Assembly (NCBI GenBank): GCA_000991245.1
Contig: LBRD01000001.1
Span: 5,467-69,466, forward strand
Origin: Parcubacteria group bacterium GW2011_GWC1_36_108
GTDB lineage: Bacteria; Patescibacteriota; Minisyncoccia; Moranbacterales; GWC2-37-73
Direction of reading: 5' to 3'
Length of the DNA: 64,000 nucleotides
Shown here one piece after another: positions 17,525 to 27,308 of this stretch. The translations under genes and the position numbers were made by a program. The notes beneath the pieces are model-generated. The model ran no database searches. It saw only the letters and a list, made by a program, of their open reading frames with translations, and was not told where the DNA came from. Numbering within the stretch: the first letter of the stretch is position 1; each line of letters opens with the position of its first letter.

Positions 17525-18244
17525 TTACGTAATACTTTTCACATCCTTATGTCTCATTTTTATTTCGGAAAACAACTCCCCCTGCTCAACATGAATAATT
17601 CGTTGTTTTACTAATTCAAGCATTGCAAGAAATGAAACTACTACTTCAACCTTATCTTTTGCATTTGCAACGAGCTCGGCAAAGGATGTTTGCACACGCT
17701 CTCGCAGGGTATCTTGCAAATGAATAATTCTATCTTCCAGAGTTAAAACTTCTTTTACCATTTCTTCTTCCAGTTTTTCTACTATAGGAATTTCTCCAAG
17801 CACCTTGTTAAAAGCTTTTTGCAAATCGCTAGCTACAATGTTTTCCGGTGGATAAAAAACCATTCCTATCCCCAAGAATCCTTCACGCGAAAAACTTGAC
17901 TTGGGAGAATCAAAAACGAGAGCAAGTTTTGCTGAAGCGTCTTTAAATTTTTTATACTCTGCCAATTGATATTCCAAATCTTTAATCTCTTCCTCCTCTT
18001 CTTCAGTAAATTCCAACATCGGAAGCAAGGCTTTGGATTTGATCAAAATAAGTCTTGCAGCCACTGACAAAAAATCAGCCAGATGAGCAAGCGTGATGTC
18101 TTTGGCCTCAGCAATATAGGCCAGATATTGATCTGCAATTTTCGCCAAACTTACTCGAGTAATATCAAGTTTTTCCTGTTCCGTCAGTTGCAAAAGCAAA
18201 TCCAGCGGCCCTTCAAATTGTTCGAGTTTAAAATGATAAGACAT
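17525..18244 (-). CDS. scpA: Segregation and condensation protein A (kleisin)
   Basis: FEGPLDLLLQLTEQEKLDITRVSLAKIADQYLAYI N-terminal ScpA signature. Start taken at MSYHFKLEQF. Confidence 0.8.
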   Translation of the reverse strand: MSYHFKLEQFEGPLDLLLQLTEQEKLDITRVSLAKIADQYLAYIAEAKDITLAHLADFLSVAARLILIKSKALLPMLEFTEEEEEEIKDLEYQLAEYKKFKDASAKLALVFDSPKSSFSREGFLGIGMVFYPPENIVASDLQKAFNKVLGEIPIVEKLEEEMVKEVLTLEDRIIHLQDTLRERVQTSFAELVANAKDKVEVVVSFLAMLELVKQRIIHVEQGELFSEIKMRHKDVKSIT

Positions 18245-18283
18245 AATAATTTCAATAATCAATAACAACAATACAAAAACAAA

Positions 18284-19501
18284 CTATCCGCGCAGATATT
18301 TTTTCTCTGAATCAATTTCTTCTTCACTTTTGTTATCCACTAAAGTAAAGGCAGGATATAGTGCAAGCAAAATGATCAGCGTGAGGAAAATAAACATTGC
18401 TTTGACGGGAAAAACAACCAACAGCATTGCAGAAATGGCTGTTGCTGCAATATAAGCAACACTTCGAGAGGTTCTGAAAAAACTTATGATATCCATATCA
18501 TCGCCATCAATTCTTTTGTAAAAATAGGAGTCGCGCAATGTTTCTATCATCGCCGCACCAATTCTTGTCATAAAAAGTACCATTCCCCAAATGAAAACTG
18601 ATGTGCTTGTCACGAAAAAAATACTCAGCGTTGAAATAGCCATCACAAACAAGGCGAAAATTATCATTTCTTTTTCTCCAAGTTTTTTATCCGCAAGCAC
18701 TCCCACGGGATAGTTAATCAAAATGAAAGGTATGAGCATTATGGTAAAAATAACTCCAATTTGACTCCAAGACATTCCCAAGTCAAGCAGATACAAAGGT
18801 GTATACACGGTCATCAAGGCATAAAAAAACTCAAGCACAAATGACACCCAATATATACGCATCAAATTTTTGTTCACGAATATTTTTTTTACCAAATCCC
18901 GAATGGTTATATTCCCATTAAACTTGTTGTTTCCACCGCGCAAGCCAACAAGACCAATAACAAAAATTACCATACTGATAAGCATCGACAAAAAGAAAAG
19001 CCCGGAATAATCATACACTTCCAAAATGTGGGTAGAAAGAATAGGTCCAAGCATAAACCCAGCACTAATAATCATCAAATGAAGTCCTCGTATTCTGCCT
19101 GATTTCCTGTCTTCAGAATACGATTCCATAATGATGTCCAACACCACATACATCAAATATGCCGTGATGATGTTTATCATCAACAAAAATATTCCAAACA
19201 TAGACGGCGGAACCATAATGAGCACCGCCATAGCAAAAATTTGCAAAAAGAAAAGCAGGAAAAAAGTTGTTGATTTTCCCAAATGCTTGATGAATTTATG
19301 CATATTCAAAAGACCAAGCAGTGACACGACATATGCCAAGAAATAAAAAACACTCACATTTTCACTGCCCAAAGACAATTTGAAATACGAAGATTCGACA
19401 TAAACAAGAAGCGACTGAGAAAAACCCAATAAAAAAGAAACAAACGTTATCAACTTTAATTTACCATCATTAAGCTTTTCCTTGTGTTTTTTGTTTGCCA
19501 T
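18284..19501 (-). CDS. MFS-type transporter
   Basis: About 12 TM segments. Start taken at MANKKHKEK (19501) directly after leader element copy 2; the ORF-track start at 19525 is an alternative codon inside the hairpin. Confidence 0.7.
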   Translation of the reverse strand: MANKKHKEKLNDGKLKLITFVSFLLGFSQSLLVYVESSYFKLSLGSENVSVFYFLAYVVSLLGLLNMHKFIKHLGKSTTFFLLFFLQIFAMAVLIMVPPSMFGIFLLMINIITAYLMYVVLDIIMESYSEDRKSGRIRGLHLMIISAGFMLGPILSTHILEVYDYSGLFFLSMLISMVIFVIGLVGLRGGNNKFNGNITIRDLVKKIFVNKNLMRIYWVSFVLEFFYALMTVYTPLYLLDLGMSWSQIGVIFTIMLIPFILINYPVGVLADKKLGEKEMIIFALFVMAISTLSIFFVTSTSVFIWGMVLFMTRIGAAMIETLRDSYFYKRIDGDDMDIISFFRTSRSVAYIAATAISAMLLVVFPVKAMFIFLTLIILLALYPAFTLVDNKSEEEIDSEKKYLRG

Positions 19502-19510
19502 TATTTCTCG

Positions 19511-19547
19511 CCCCGTTAAATTCACTTCTGACGAGAATTTAACGGGG
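19511..19547 (-). promoter_or_regulatory. 5'-leader inverted-repeat element, copy 2 (CCCCGTTAAAT-TCACTTCTGACGAGA-ATTTAACGGGG), 10 nt upstream of the MFS AUG
   Basis: The outer arms are identical to copy 1. The inner hairpin differs but remains self-complementary. Confidence 0.6.
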
Positions 19548-19582
19548 ATAAATATTTTGTTTTTTGTTTAATGAAGAATGAT

Positions 19583-20998
19583 TTATACTACTTTTTTCTT
19601 TTTTGTGACAATTTTGATGCCAGCTTCAGTAAGTTGTTTTTCATCCAAAACACTTGGGGCTTCCATCATTGGATCCTCAGCTTCTCCTGTTTTGGCAAAA
19701 GCAATAACTTCTCGAATATTTGGTTCGTTTTGAAGAATCATTACCAATCTATCAACACCAGGTGCAATTCCTCCGTGTGGAGGAGCTCCATATTTAAACG
19801 CTTCAAGCATATGGCCATAATCTCTTTGCACGTTTTCTTCAGAAATTCCCATAATTTCCAAAACCTTACGAAGCGCTTTCGGTTCATGATTTCTAATGCT
19901 TCCACCACCTGCTTCATATCCGTTAAGAACAACATCATATTGGGTTGTCAAGATATCGGCAATATTTTTCTTGTTCATAAGATCATCCATAAACTCAGGC
20001 TTCGGACGAGAAAATGGATTGTGTGTAAATGTCCAACCAGTAGAAGATTCCTCATCTTTTTCAAAAAATGGAAAGTCTACTACCCAACAAAAAGCCAACA
20101 AATTTGGATCATTTTTATCTTCTCTAATATCCGGTTTGTCGTTGCCATATTTTTCCATTGATTCTTTGTATGAAAAACGTGGGAAAGGAATTTCTTGAAT
20201 TCTTTTTTCTGGAAATTGAGTTTGCACAAGTTCAATAAGCATCTTTTCAACAATATTCATCACATCCTCTTGCTCAACAAAACTCATCTCCATATCCAAC
20301 TGCGTAAATTCAGGTTGTCTGTCTCCACGAGTGTCCTCGTCGCGGAAGCATCTGGCAATTTGAAAATATTTTTCAATTCCAGCAACCATCAACAATTGCT
20401 TATATTGTTGTGGCGATTGAGGCAAGGCATAAAACTTTCCTTTATAAATTCGAGATGGCACAACATAATCTCTTGATCCTTCCGCTGTAGTTTTTCCAAG
20501 AATTGGAGTTTCAACCTCAATAAAACCTTGGCTATCAAGAAAATCCCTGAAGAATTTCACAACCTTATACCTAGTCAAAATATTATTTTTCATTCTTTCT
20601 GATCTAAGATCCAAATAGCGATATTTCAATCTAAGTTTTTCATCAACATCCTTGGTGTCCTTAGTAATCTCAAATGGAGCAGTTTTTGCTTCGTTAAGAA
20701 TAGTTATCGAAGCAACCTCCAATTCAACACCACCTGTTGGAGATTTTTCGTTTTTCGCGCTCATTGGACGCTCTTTCACAACGCCTTCCATTTCAATCAC
20801 AAAATCACTGCGAAGTCTCTTAGCATTATCATGCGCTTCGATATGATCAGGAATGACAACAGTCTGAATAATCCCGCTGCGGTCACGCAAATCAATAAAG
20901 ATCAACTTACCATGATCACGACGAATATGAACCCAGCCCTGAAGCTTGACGGTTTTTCCAATAAATTTAGGAGTGTCGACAATGTTTGTTCTTTGCAT
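19583..20998 (-). CDS. aspS: Aspartyl-tRNA synthetase (short, archaeal/eukaryal-type architecture)
   Basis: Class II motifs FRDEDTRGDRQPEFTQLDMEMSF and GGGSIR. N-terminal OB-fold anticodon-binding domain. Confidence 0.85.
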   Translation of the reverse strand: MQRTNIVDTPKFIGKTVKLQGWVHIRRDHGKLIFIDLRDRSGIIQTVVIPDHIEAHDNAKRLRSDFVIEMEGVVKERPMSAKNEKSPTGGVELEVASITILNEAKTAPFEITKDTKDVDEKLRLKYRYLDLRSERMKNNILTRYKVVKFFRDFLDSQGFIEVETPILGKTTAEGSRDYVVPSRIYKGKFYALPQSPQQYKQLLMVAGIEKYFQIARCFRDEDTRGDRQPEFTQLDMEMSFVEQEDVMNIVEKMLIELVQTQFPEKRIQEIPFPRFSYKESMEKYGNDKPDIREDKNDPNLLAFCWVVDFPFFEKDEESSTGWTFTHNPFSRPKPEFMDDLMNKKNIADILTTQYDVVLNGYEAGGGSIRNHEPKALRKVLEIMGISEENVQRDYGHMLEAFKYGAPPHGGIAPGVDRLVMILQNEPNIREVIAFAKTGEAEDPMMEAPSVLDEKQLTEAGIKIVTKKKKVV

Positions 20999-21000
20999 TT

Positions 21001-21144
21001 ACCCGGTTAAATAAGATTTGGGTCTACCAACCTAGTAGCACCAACCTATTTCTAGATTAAATTCATCTTTATTAAAATATCCACCCATTATACCCAAATC
21101 TTAATTTTAAATTTTTTAAGAAATTTAAAATTATTTAACTGGGT
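21001..21144 (-). promoter_or_regulatory. Split copy of the leader inverted repeat. The 3' arm ATTTAACCGGGT abuts the aspS AUG. The 5' arm CACCCAGTTAAATA lies ~120 nt upstream, and the insert carries a TTGGGTATAATGGGTGG -10-like box.
   Basis: Seen in sequence: ...ATTTAACCGGGTAAATGCAAAGA (aspS start), and CACCCAGTTAAATAATTTT at 21131-21150 on the sense strand. Confidence 0.45.
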
Positions 21145-21160
21145 GAATTTTAAAATTAAT

Positions 21161-21958
21161 TTAACTCAACAGTTCTGTTACTCGCCGGGCAAGATCACTG
21201 GGGACTAGGCGTGTTTTTTCATAAAAATCAGTCACTCCCATATCTCGCACCGGCTGGATATCCCCTTCGATTAGTGATGCTGAAATCACAATTATAGGAA
21301 TATTTTTGGTTTTGTCATCCAATTTAAGACGCTTGATAATTTCCTCTCCACCCATTGCAGGCATAACCATATCAGTGATAATCAAATCGTATTGGTTTTC
21401 AGTTGCAAGCTTGCTGCCCCAAGCACCATTTTTTGCATATTCAAGACAAAACCCTTCGTTTTCCAATTTTTTTCCAAACATTTCCAAAAAGATTTCTTCG
21501 TCCTCAATAAAAAGAATTTTCTTTCCAACACAAGCATCGTCTTCTTTTTTGCTAGACAAACGCTGTTTGTTTTTTTTCTGCTCTCCATATTCATTCAAAA
21601 GTCTTTGCACTTCAACCACAAGCTCAGAAGGACTAAACTGCGTCTTGCCTATAAAATCATTGGCACCATTCTCCATTGCTTCCTTTTCATTTTCAGTCTT
21701 ATTAAGATTGCTCAAAATGATTATTTTCAAATCGCTGTCATATTGCGTGTTGCTGCGAAGTTCCTTCAGCACATCCATTCCACTCATTTCAGGCAAAACC
21801 ATATCCAAAAGAATAAGGTCAAATTTATCTTCCAAGGCAAATTTTAAAACTTCTTTTCCTGTCACCGCGTTGACAACGTCAAAGCCAGCCGATTCGAATT
21901 TTTTTTGATATATTTCAGCAATCATTGGGTCATCCTCCACCAACATTATCTTAGCCAT
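21161..21958 (-). CDS. Response regulator with two tandem receiver (REC) domains and no output domain
   Basis: Two REC cores (KIMLVEDD...DLILLDMVLP ; KILFIEDE...DLIITDMVMP). Start taken at MAKIM. Confidence 0.8.
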   Translation of the reverse strand: MAKIMLVEDDPMIAEIYQKKFESAGFDVVNAVTGKEVLKFALEDKFDLILLDMVLPEMSGMDVLKELRSNTQYDSDLKIIILSNLNKTENEKEAMENGANDFIGKTQFSPSELVVEVQRLLNEYGEQKKNKQRLSSKKEDDACVGKKILFIEDEEIFLEMFGKKLENEGFCLEYAKNGAWGSKLATENQYDLIITDMVMPAMGGEEIIKRLKLDDKTKNIPIIVISASLIEGDIQPVRDMGVTDFYEKTRLVPSDLARRVTELLS

Positions 21959-22092
21959 AAATTGAGCTTTTTTGTTATTTTTACTATTTTTTAATATTTG
22001 AAGTATAACCAATTCAAAGGTAAAAAGCAACCCAATCATGGATCACTAAACATAGAACATGGAGCAAAAAACAAGGGATCTCCACAAAAAAA

Positions 22093-22121
22093 TTAACTAC
22101 GTTTATGTTTCATGCTACGTG
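22093..22121. repeat. Degenerate TACGTA palindrome (AACTACGTTTATGTTTCATGCTACGTGTT)
   Basis: Partial family match overlapping the ispH stop. Confidence 0.3.
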
Positions 22122-22993
22122 TTCCATGTTTCAAGTTTTGCAATCACATCATCAATAATCCATTTTGGGGTGCTTGCTCCGGCGGTTACTGCCACTTTTT
22201 TGCAATTAGCAAACCATTTATTTTCAATCTCTGAAGCTCGCTGAACAAAATATGATGACTCATTGACGCGCTTGGCGATTTCCCAAAGACGCTTTGAATT
22301 TGCACTTTCTGGCGATCCGATAACAATAACAACATCGTTTTCTTGCGCCAATTGTTTTATTTCTGTTTGACGATGATGCGTGGTCAAACAAATAGAATCA
22401 ACAACTTCTGCTTTTGGATATTTTTGTGAAATTTGAGCGGCAGCTCTGTCAACAAATTCTTGATCTTGCGTGGTTTGCGAAATTACAGCAATTTTTTTGG
22501 CAGGATCAACATCAAAGCCGCACAAATCCTCATCCGTTTCAATAAAAATAGCTTTCTTGTTTGCCCATTCAAAAATACCCTTCACTTCCTTATGATTTTT
22601 TTCGCCAATAATCACAACCTGCACATCTCTGTCAAAAAATGCCTTCGCCAGCCTTTGCACCTTGACCACACGCGGACAAGTTGTGTCCACCAAATCAACT
22701 TCATATTTTTTGGCAAGCTCATAAATCTGTGGTCCAATGCCGTGAGCTGTGATTACCAAGGTTCCGACTTCATTTTTAATTTTTTCAAAAAAATCTTCCA
22801 GCGGACCCTCAACGTGCACCTTTTGAATTCCCATTTTTTCAATTTTTTCCACCACGTCCTCATTATGAACAAGCGAGCCCAACACAAAAATAGGCCTCTT
22901 TACTTTTGGGTCCTTGGCGATTTTTTCCACAATGTCATATGCCCGCTCCACTCCCTCGCAAAAACCAGCATATTGACTGAGTGTAATTTCCAT
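22115..22993 (-). CDS. ispH: 4-hydroxy-3-methylbut-2-enyl diphosphate reductase
   Basis: Conserved Cys ligands (GFCEGVERAY, TTCPRV, ICLTTHHRQ) and a HNEDVV motif. Confidence 0.9.
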   Translation of the reverse strand: MEITLSQYAGFCEGVERAYDIVEKIAKDPKVKRPIFVLGSLVHNEDVVEKIEKMGIQKVHVEGPLEDFFEKIKNEVGTLVITAHGIGPQIYELAKKYEVDLVDTTCPRVVKVQRLAKAFFDRDVQVVIIGEKNHKEVKGIFEWANKKAIFIETDEDLCGFDVDPAKKIAVISQTTQDQEFVDRAAAQISQKYPKAEVVDSICLTTHHRQTEIKQLAQENDVVIVIGSPESANSKRLWEIAKRVNESSYFVQRASEIENKWFANCKKVAVTAGASTPKWIIDDVIAKLETWNT

Positions 22994-23097
22994 ATCCCTA
23001 CAAAATTACAAAATTATACAAAAATACAAAAAGTTGATAATCCTTTTTATCATAAAAAATCCCCCACCACAAGAGCAAGGGATTTTTAAGATCTAAT

Positions 23098-24339
23098 CTA
23101 TTTTTTAAGCAAATTTAACAATTCATCAACCGTCATAATTTTGCTTTCACTTTCATTTCTTTTTTTAACTTCAATCCCGCCAGCAGCCAAAGATTTTTTG
23201 CTAATCACTGCGCGATACGGAATTCCAATCAGGTCAGAGTCTGCAAATTTTTGTCCAGCTTGAGCATCGCGATCATCAAACAAAACTTCAACGCCATTTT
23301 TCAAGAGCTGAGCATAAATTTTTTCTGCCTCGTCGTTCTCACCTAAACTCAAAAGATGCAAAGAAAATGGCGCAATATTTTCCGGCCATATTAAACCTTT
23401 ATCATCAGCAAACAATTCTGCAATCACTCCCATCAAACGACTAACACCAATACCATAACATCCCATAATAATTGATTGCTTCTCACCTTTTTCATCACTA
23501 TAAAATAATTCAAGAGCATCGGTATATTTACTTTCCAAATGAAAAGTATTACCAACTTCAACACCTTTTTTCTCTACCAAATCTTCGCGCTTCAGCCCAA
23601 GCTTTTCAAGATTTTCATCTGTAAATATTTCATCATTAATTGCAATTCGCTTTTTCTCATCAACATATATTTTATCTTCACCGACTTCACTCAATGTTTG
23701 AAACTCATCGCTAAAGCGTGGAGTGAAAATTCCACCATCCGCATAAGTTCGATAGGTTATTTGACCCAATCCAAGTCGATCATAAACTTTATAATATGCT
23801 GCAACTATTTTCTCATATTCTTCTTCATGCTGCTTTTGATCGCGAGAGAAGGTATACATATCTTTCATCAAAAATTCACGACCACGCAAAAGACCACTTT
23901 TGGCACGCTTTTCATTTCTGAATTTATTTTGAATTTGATACACAGCAAAAGGCATATCTTTATATGATCCCAGATAGTTACTAATAGCGTCCACAATTGG
24001 TTCTTCATGAGTCAGCCCAACTCCGAGCTCTGTCCCATTTACAAGCTTGGTTTTAAACCAATTATCAACCTTAGCATCATCCCAACGATCAGTTTTTTCC
24101 CAAATTTCCTTAGGCTGAAGTGTTGTCATCATAAGCTCTTGTCCACCAACACCATTCATTTCTTCGCGAACAATTTTTTTAATATTTTCAAGAACCCTAA
24201 GACCAAGTGGCATATACGCATATACGCCAGCCATTTCCTTATGAATAAAGCCAGCCCGAATCAACAGCTGCGCATTCTTTGCAACTTCATCAGATGGCGC
24301 CTCTTTTTTAGTTTTAGTGAAAAGTTGTGATTGTTTCAT
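23098..24339 (-). CDS. proS: Prolyl-tRNA synthetase (short form lacking the editing insertion)
   Basis: ProRS N-terminal signature QLLIRAGFIHKEMAGVYAYMPLGLRVLENIKKIVREEMN, class II core and GCYGIGVSRL. 413 aa. Confidence 0.85.
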   Translation of the reverse strand: MKQSQLFTKTKKEAPSDEVAKNAQLLIRAGFIHKEMAGVYAYMPLGLRVLENIKKIVREEMNGVGGQELMMTTLQPKEIWEKTDRWDDAKVDNWFKTKLVNGTELGVGLTHEEPIVDAISNYLGSYKDMPFAVYQIQNKFRNEKRAKSGLLRGREFLMKDMYTFSRDQKQHEEEYEKIVAAYYKVYDRLGLGQITYRTYADGGIFTPRFSDEFQTLSEVGEDKIYVDEKKRIAINDEIFTDENLEKLGLKREDLVEKKGVEVGNTFHLESKYTDALELFYSDEKGEKQSIIMGCYGIGVSRLMGVIAELFADDKGLIWPENIAPFSLHLLSLGENDEAEKIYAQLLKNGVEVLFDDRDAQAGQKFADSDLIGIPYRAVISKKSLAAGGIEVKKRNESESKIMTVDELLNLLKK

Positions 24340-24455
24340 ATGGGTCAGTTATAAAGTTCATAAAGTTATAAGGCTCATAAAACTATTGTATCAAATTTTT
24401 GCCTTATTGCAAGCAAAAACAGCCTCATTAAAAGACTGTTTATTAATTAAGATAT

Positions 24456-24977
24456 TCATTTAACCTTGGCATACATATGACAGTCTATGTATTTTCCATC
24501 TTTAATTGTATATTTCTTATGGATTCCCTCAAATTGCATACCAACTTTTTTCATAACATTCATTGATTTAACATTGTCAGCATGAGCAAAAGCACAAATG
24601 CGACGAAGCCTAAACTCGGAAAAAATATGAGTCATAAATTTTTTCACTGCTTCAGGCATAATTCCTTTTCCCCAGTGTTTTTCAGCCAACCAATAACCAA
24701 TTTCCGCCTTATGCCCGTGCACAATTTTATGTGCACCAACAGCGCCCACAACCTCTCCGTCAATTTCAATCATCATAACATAATCTTCGGGCTTTTCTTT
24801 TTTCATTTCCTTCTCCTTTCTTCCAGCAAATTGCTTTGCGTGTTTGAGTTCATACGGAAAAGGCAATTGCGATAGATTCTTAATAACATTCCAATTATTA
24901 ATATTCCTTGCAATATCTTTTGCATCCTTCAAAACCATTGGTCTTAAAATAAATCTTTTAGTTTTAATAATTTTCAT
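24456..24977 (-). CDS. GNAT family N-acetyltransferase (RimJ/RimL-like)
   Basis: GNAT core with a basic/Gly-rich acetyl-CoA pocket (GRKEKEMKKEK..., GYWLAEKHWGKG). Confidence 0.7.
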   Translation of the reverse strand: MKIIKTKRFILRPMVLKDAKDIARNINNWNVIKNLSQLPFPYELKHAKQFAGRKEKEMKKEKPEDYVMMIEIDGEVVGAVGAHKIVHGHKAEIGYWLAEKHWGKGIMPEAVKKFMTHIFSEFRLRRICAFAHADNVKSMNVMKKVGMQFEGIHKKYTIKDGKYIDCHMYAKVK

Positions 24978-24991
24978 ACATGTTATATGTT

Positions 24992-26674
24992 TTATGATAT
25001 ATGCTCCACTGGGATTTCAATAATAAATCTCGAACCCTTGCCGGCGCCGTCGGATTCAACCCAAACTTGACCGTGGTGTGTTTCAGCAATGGCTTTACCG
25101 ACATATAGCCCCAAGCCGGTGCCACCAACGTGCAGACGTGACACATCCTTGCCACGAGAAAACTTTTTGAAAAGATATGGGATTTCCTCTTTTGGAATGC
25201 CGATGCCAGTATCGGAAACCGTGATTCGAATCACTTTTCCAAATTCAGATTTTTTTCCAACAACAAACCCATTCTCATCAACCACAACCCCTTCTTCTCT
25301 GAGCTCAGCCTTGACCGTTGCTCCTCCTTTTTCAGTATATTTAAGCGCATTATCAATAAAATTGGAAACCAATTCTCGAATTTTGGAATAATCCATCACA
25401 ATCTCCGGCAAAGGATTTTCAGGTAATTTAATGTCCAAATAAAACTTTTTGTTTTTAGCGATTAAAATAAAATTGTCATAAAGTTCCTTGATCAGTTTTT
25501 CAACACTAGCTTTTTCAAAAGTAAATTGCATTCTGCCAGATTCGATGCGCGAAACATTCAAAAGATCCTCAACCAAATCTACCAAACGCTCTGCCGAAGA
25601 ATACACTTTTTCCAGCGCACTATGCACACTCTCACTCACTTCCCCATATGATCCTTCCAACAAAAGTGAAGAGAAACCCTTAATTGCTGTGATTGGTGTG
25701 CGCAATTGATGCGAAGCAATCGAAATAAACTCCGTCTTTGCATTGTCCAATGTCCTAAGCTGATCATTCGCTTGCGCCAACCTTGTTGCCATTTCTTGAA
25801 GTTCTTCTTTACGCTCAATTTCAACCTCAACACTCCTAACCAATTTATATGCAAAAAAAGTAAGCGCCACAAATATTAAACCTTGTGATATAAATTCTGA
25901 AATACCCTTCGCCGTAAACAACTGCACCAAACTCAAAACAATAACACCCAAAGCAAGCAATTCAGTGTAAATTATTTTAATATTCAGCAGGCGATGTTTT
26001 ATGATTGCGTAACCACTGAATACATTCAAGAAAATTACACTATAAATGCCTAGGCGAGAATAAAATGTATAATTAACGCTATTCTTTATAAGATCAACCA
26101 AAACAACATTTATTAAAATTGCAATAAAAATAAAAATAAAAAGACCTGTAAATATATATGCTAGTTGGACTCTTTTTTCATTGACAATTTTTCGATATTT
26201 TATTGCCGCAATAATAGAGCCAGCCAATAAAAAAACTACTAAAAATATCTCATAAATTATTTCCAAGCTACCAAGTATAGGGTTCAGTCCTCCTGGCAAT
26301 ATCTCAAAACCTTTAACTATCAAATCCGTAAAAAATATCATCCAAAATAGTAACATCGATGGCAAATATAAGGCTACCTTAATTATCTTGTTTGATAATA
26401 TTTTCAATTCAACCAATTCACCTATAAATAGAAAAAAATAAAAAACAATAAGGCATCCAAAAAAATAATCCGATCTCAATAGAACATTTAGCCATTGTTG
26501 ATTTCTTATAACATCTTCAAAATAGAAGGAAGCAATCCAAACAAAAACACTAGACGATAAATAAAAAAAATTTCTATTTACCCTATTTCTAGTATCCTTC
26601 AATAAAACAAACAGACCCATAAAAATTGAAACGAGAGAAACAAGTACAAAAAAAATGAAATCATTTCCGAACAT
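24992..26674 (-). CDS. Sensor histidine kinase (multi-TM sensor + HisKA + HATPase)
   Basis: H-box SHQLRTPITAIKGF; N/G boxes NALKYT, DTGIGIP, GGTGLGL. Seven or more N-terminal TM segments. Confidence 0.85.
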   Translation of the reverse strand: MFGNDFIFFVLVSLVSIFMGLFVLLKDTRNRVNRNFFYLSSSVFVWIASFYFEDVIRNQQWLNVLLRSDYFFGCLIVFYFFLFIGELVELKILSNKIIKVALYLPSMLLFWMIFFTDLIVKGFEILPGGLNPILGSLEIIYEIFLVVFLLAGSIIAAIKYRKIVNEKRVQLAYIFTGLFIFIFIAILINVVLVDLIKNSVNYTFYSRLGIYSVIFLNVFSGYAIIKHRLLNIKIIYTELLALGVIVLSLVQLFTAKGISEFISQGLIFVALTFFAYKLVRSVEVEIERKEELQEMATRLAQANDQLRTLDNAKTEFISIASHQLRTPITAIKGFSSLLLEGSYGEVSESVHSALEKVYSSAERLVDLVEDLLNVSRIESGRMQFTFEKASVEKLIKELYDNFILIAKNKKFYLDIKLPENPLPEIVMDYSKIRELVSNFIDNALKYTEKGGATVKAELREEGVVVDENGFVVGKKSEFGKVIRITVSDTGIGIPKEEIPYLFKKFSRGKDVSRLHVGGTGLGLYVGKAIAETHHGQVWVESDGAGKGSRFIIEIPVEHIS

Positions 26675-27161
26675 ATTTTTTTTCTATATTTTTAATATGA
26701 CTTTTATACAATTTAATTAATGAGCTTAAATTTATATGCAAATCAGACACATTAGTCCATCCCTTTTTTACACCAGGACACGAATTATCAATATTTAAAC
26801 CAGAAAATAAATCAATGTAAAACGGATAAGATCTACACACAGATGGTCGCTTTTCATATTTTGAACACATCCCATTTTTCAAAAGTACACAAGTATGATC
26901 TTTATATAGATTCATATATGATTTGCCCTTATCTGCATTGGACTTTATACAATCTTTGCAATCATTTTTTAATTTTTTTATCTCATTTGGCAAAACTTCT
27001 ATCTCATATCGTTCTTGTCCCTCAATTGATACGAAATTTGGAAGCGGATCTTCGAATGCTCCACAACAATTTTTAGCACATTTATCACGCAAGCATATCC
27101 AGTTTATCTGTAAATCACCCTTTTTGTTTTTCCTAACTAATTTCATATAAAATTCATTCAA
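26661..27161 (-). CDS. YkgJ-family Cys-cluster protein (putative Zn/Fe-chelating domain)
   Basis: CLRDKCAKNCCGAF...C...C...CxxYxxRPxxCRxYPF pattern typical of PF03692. Confidence 0.6.
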   Translation of the reverse strand: MNEFYMKLVRKNKKGDLQINWICLRDKCAKNCCGAFEDPLPNFVSIEGQERYEIEVLPNEIKKLKNDCKDCIKSNADKGKSYMNLYKDHTCVLLKNGMCSKYEKRPSVCRSYPFYIDLFSGLNIDNSCPGVKKGWTNVSDLHINLSSLIKLYKSHIKNIEKKYVRK

Positions 27162-27308
27162 GGCAAACTTATTAACAACAAAAAAATAAGTTGATAAATA
27201 GCAGCTATATTCTTGACAAATGTTAATTTTTAAGCTATCGTATATTGATACTATATTATTATATCACATTACAAATAAAATCAGAAGTTCATTTACAAGG
27301 AGGAAATC

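Noticed and set aside
19571-20476. + strand ORFs of 196, 100 and 93 aa opposite aspS
   Set aside because: Antisense to a well-supported class II aaRS gene. The products are low-complexity.
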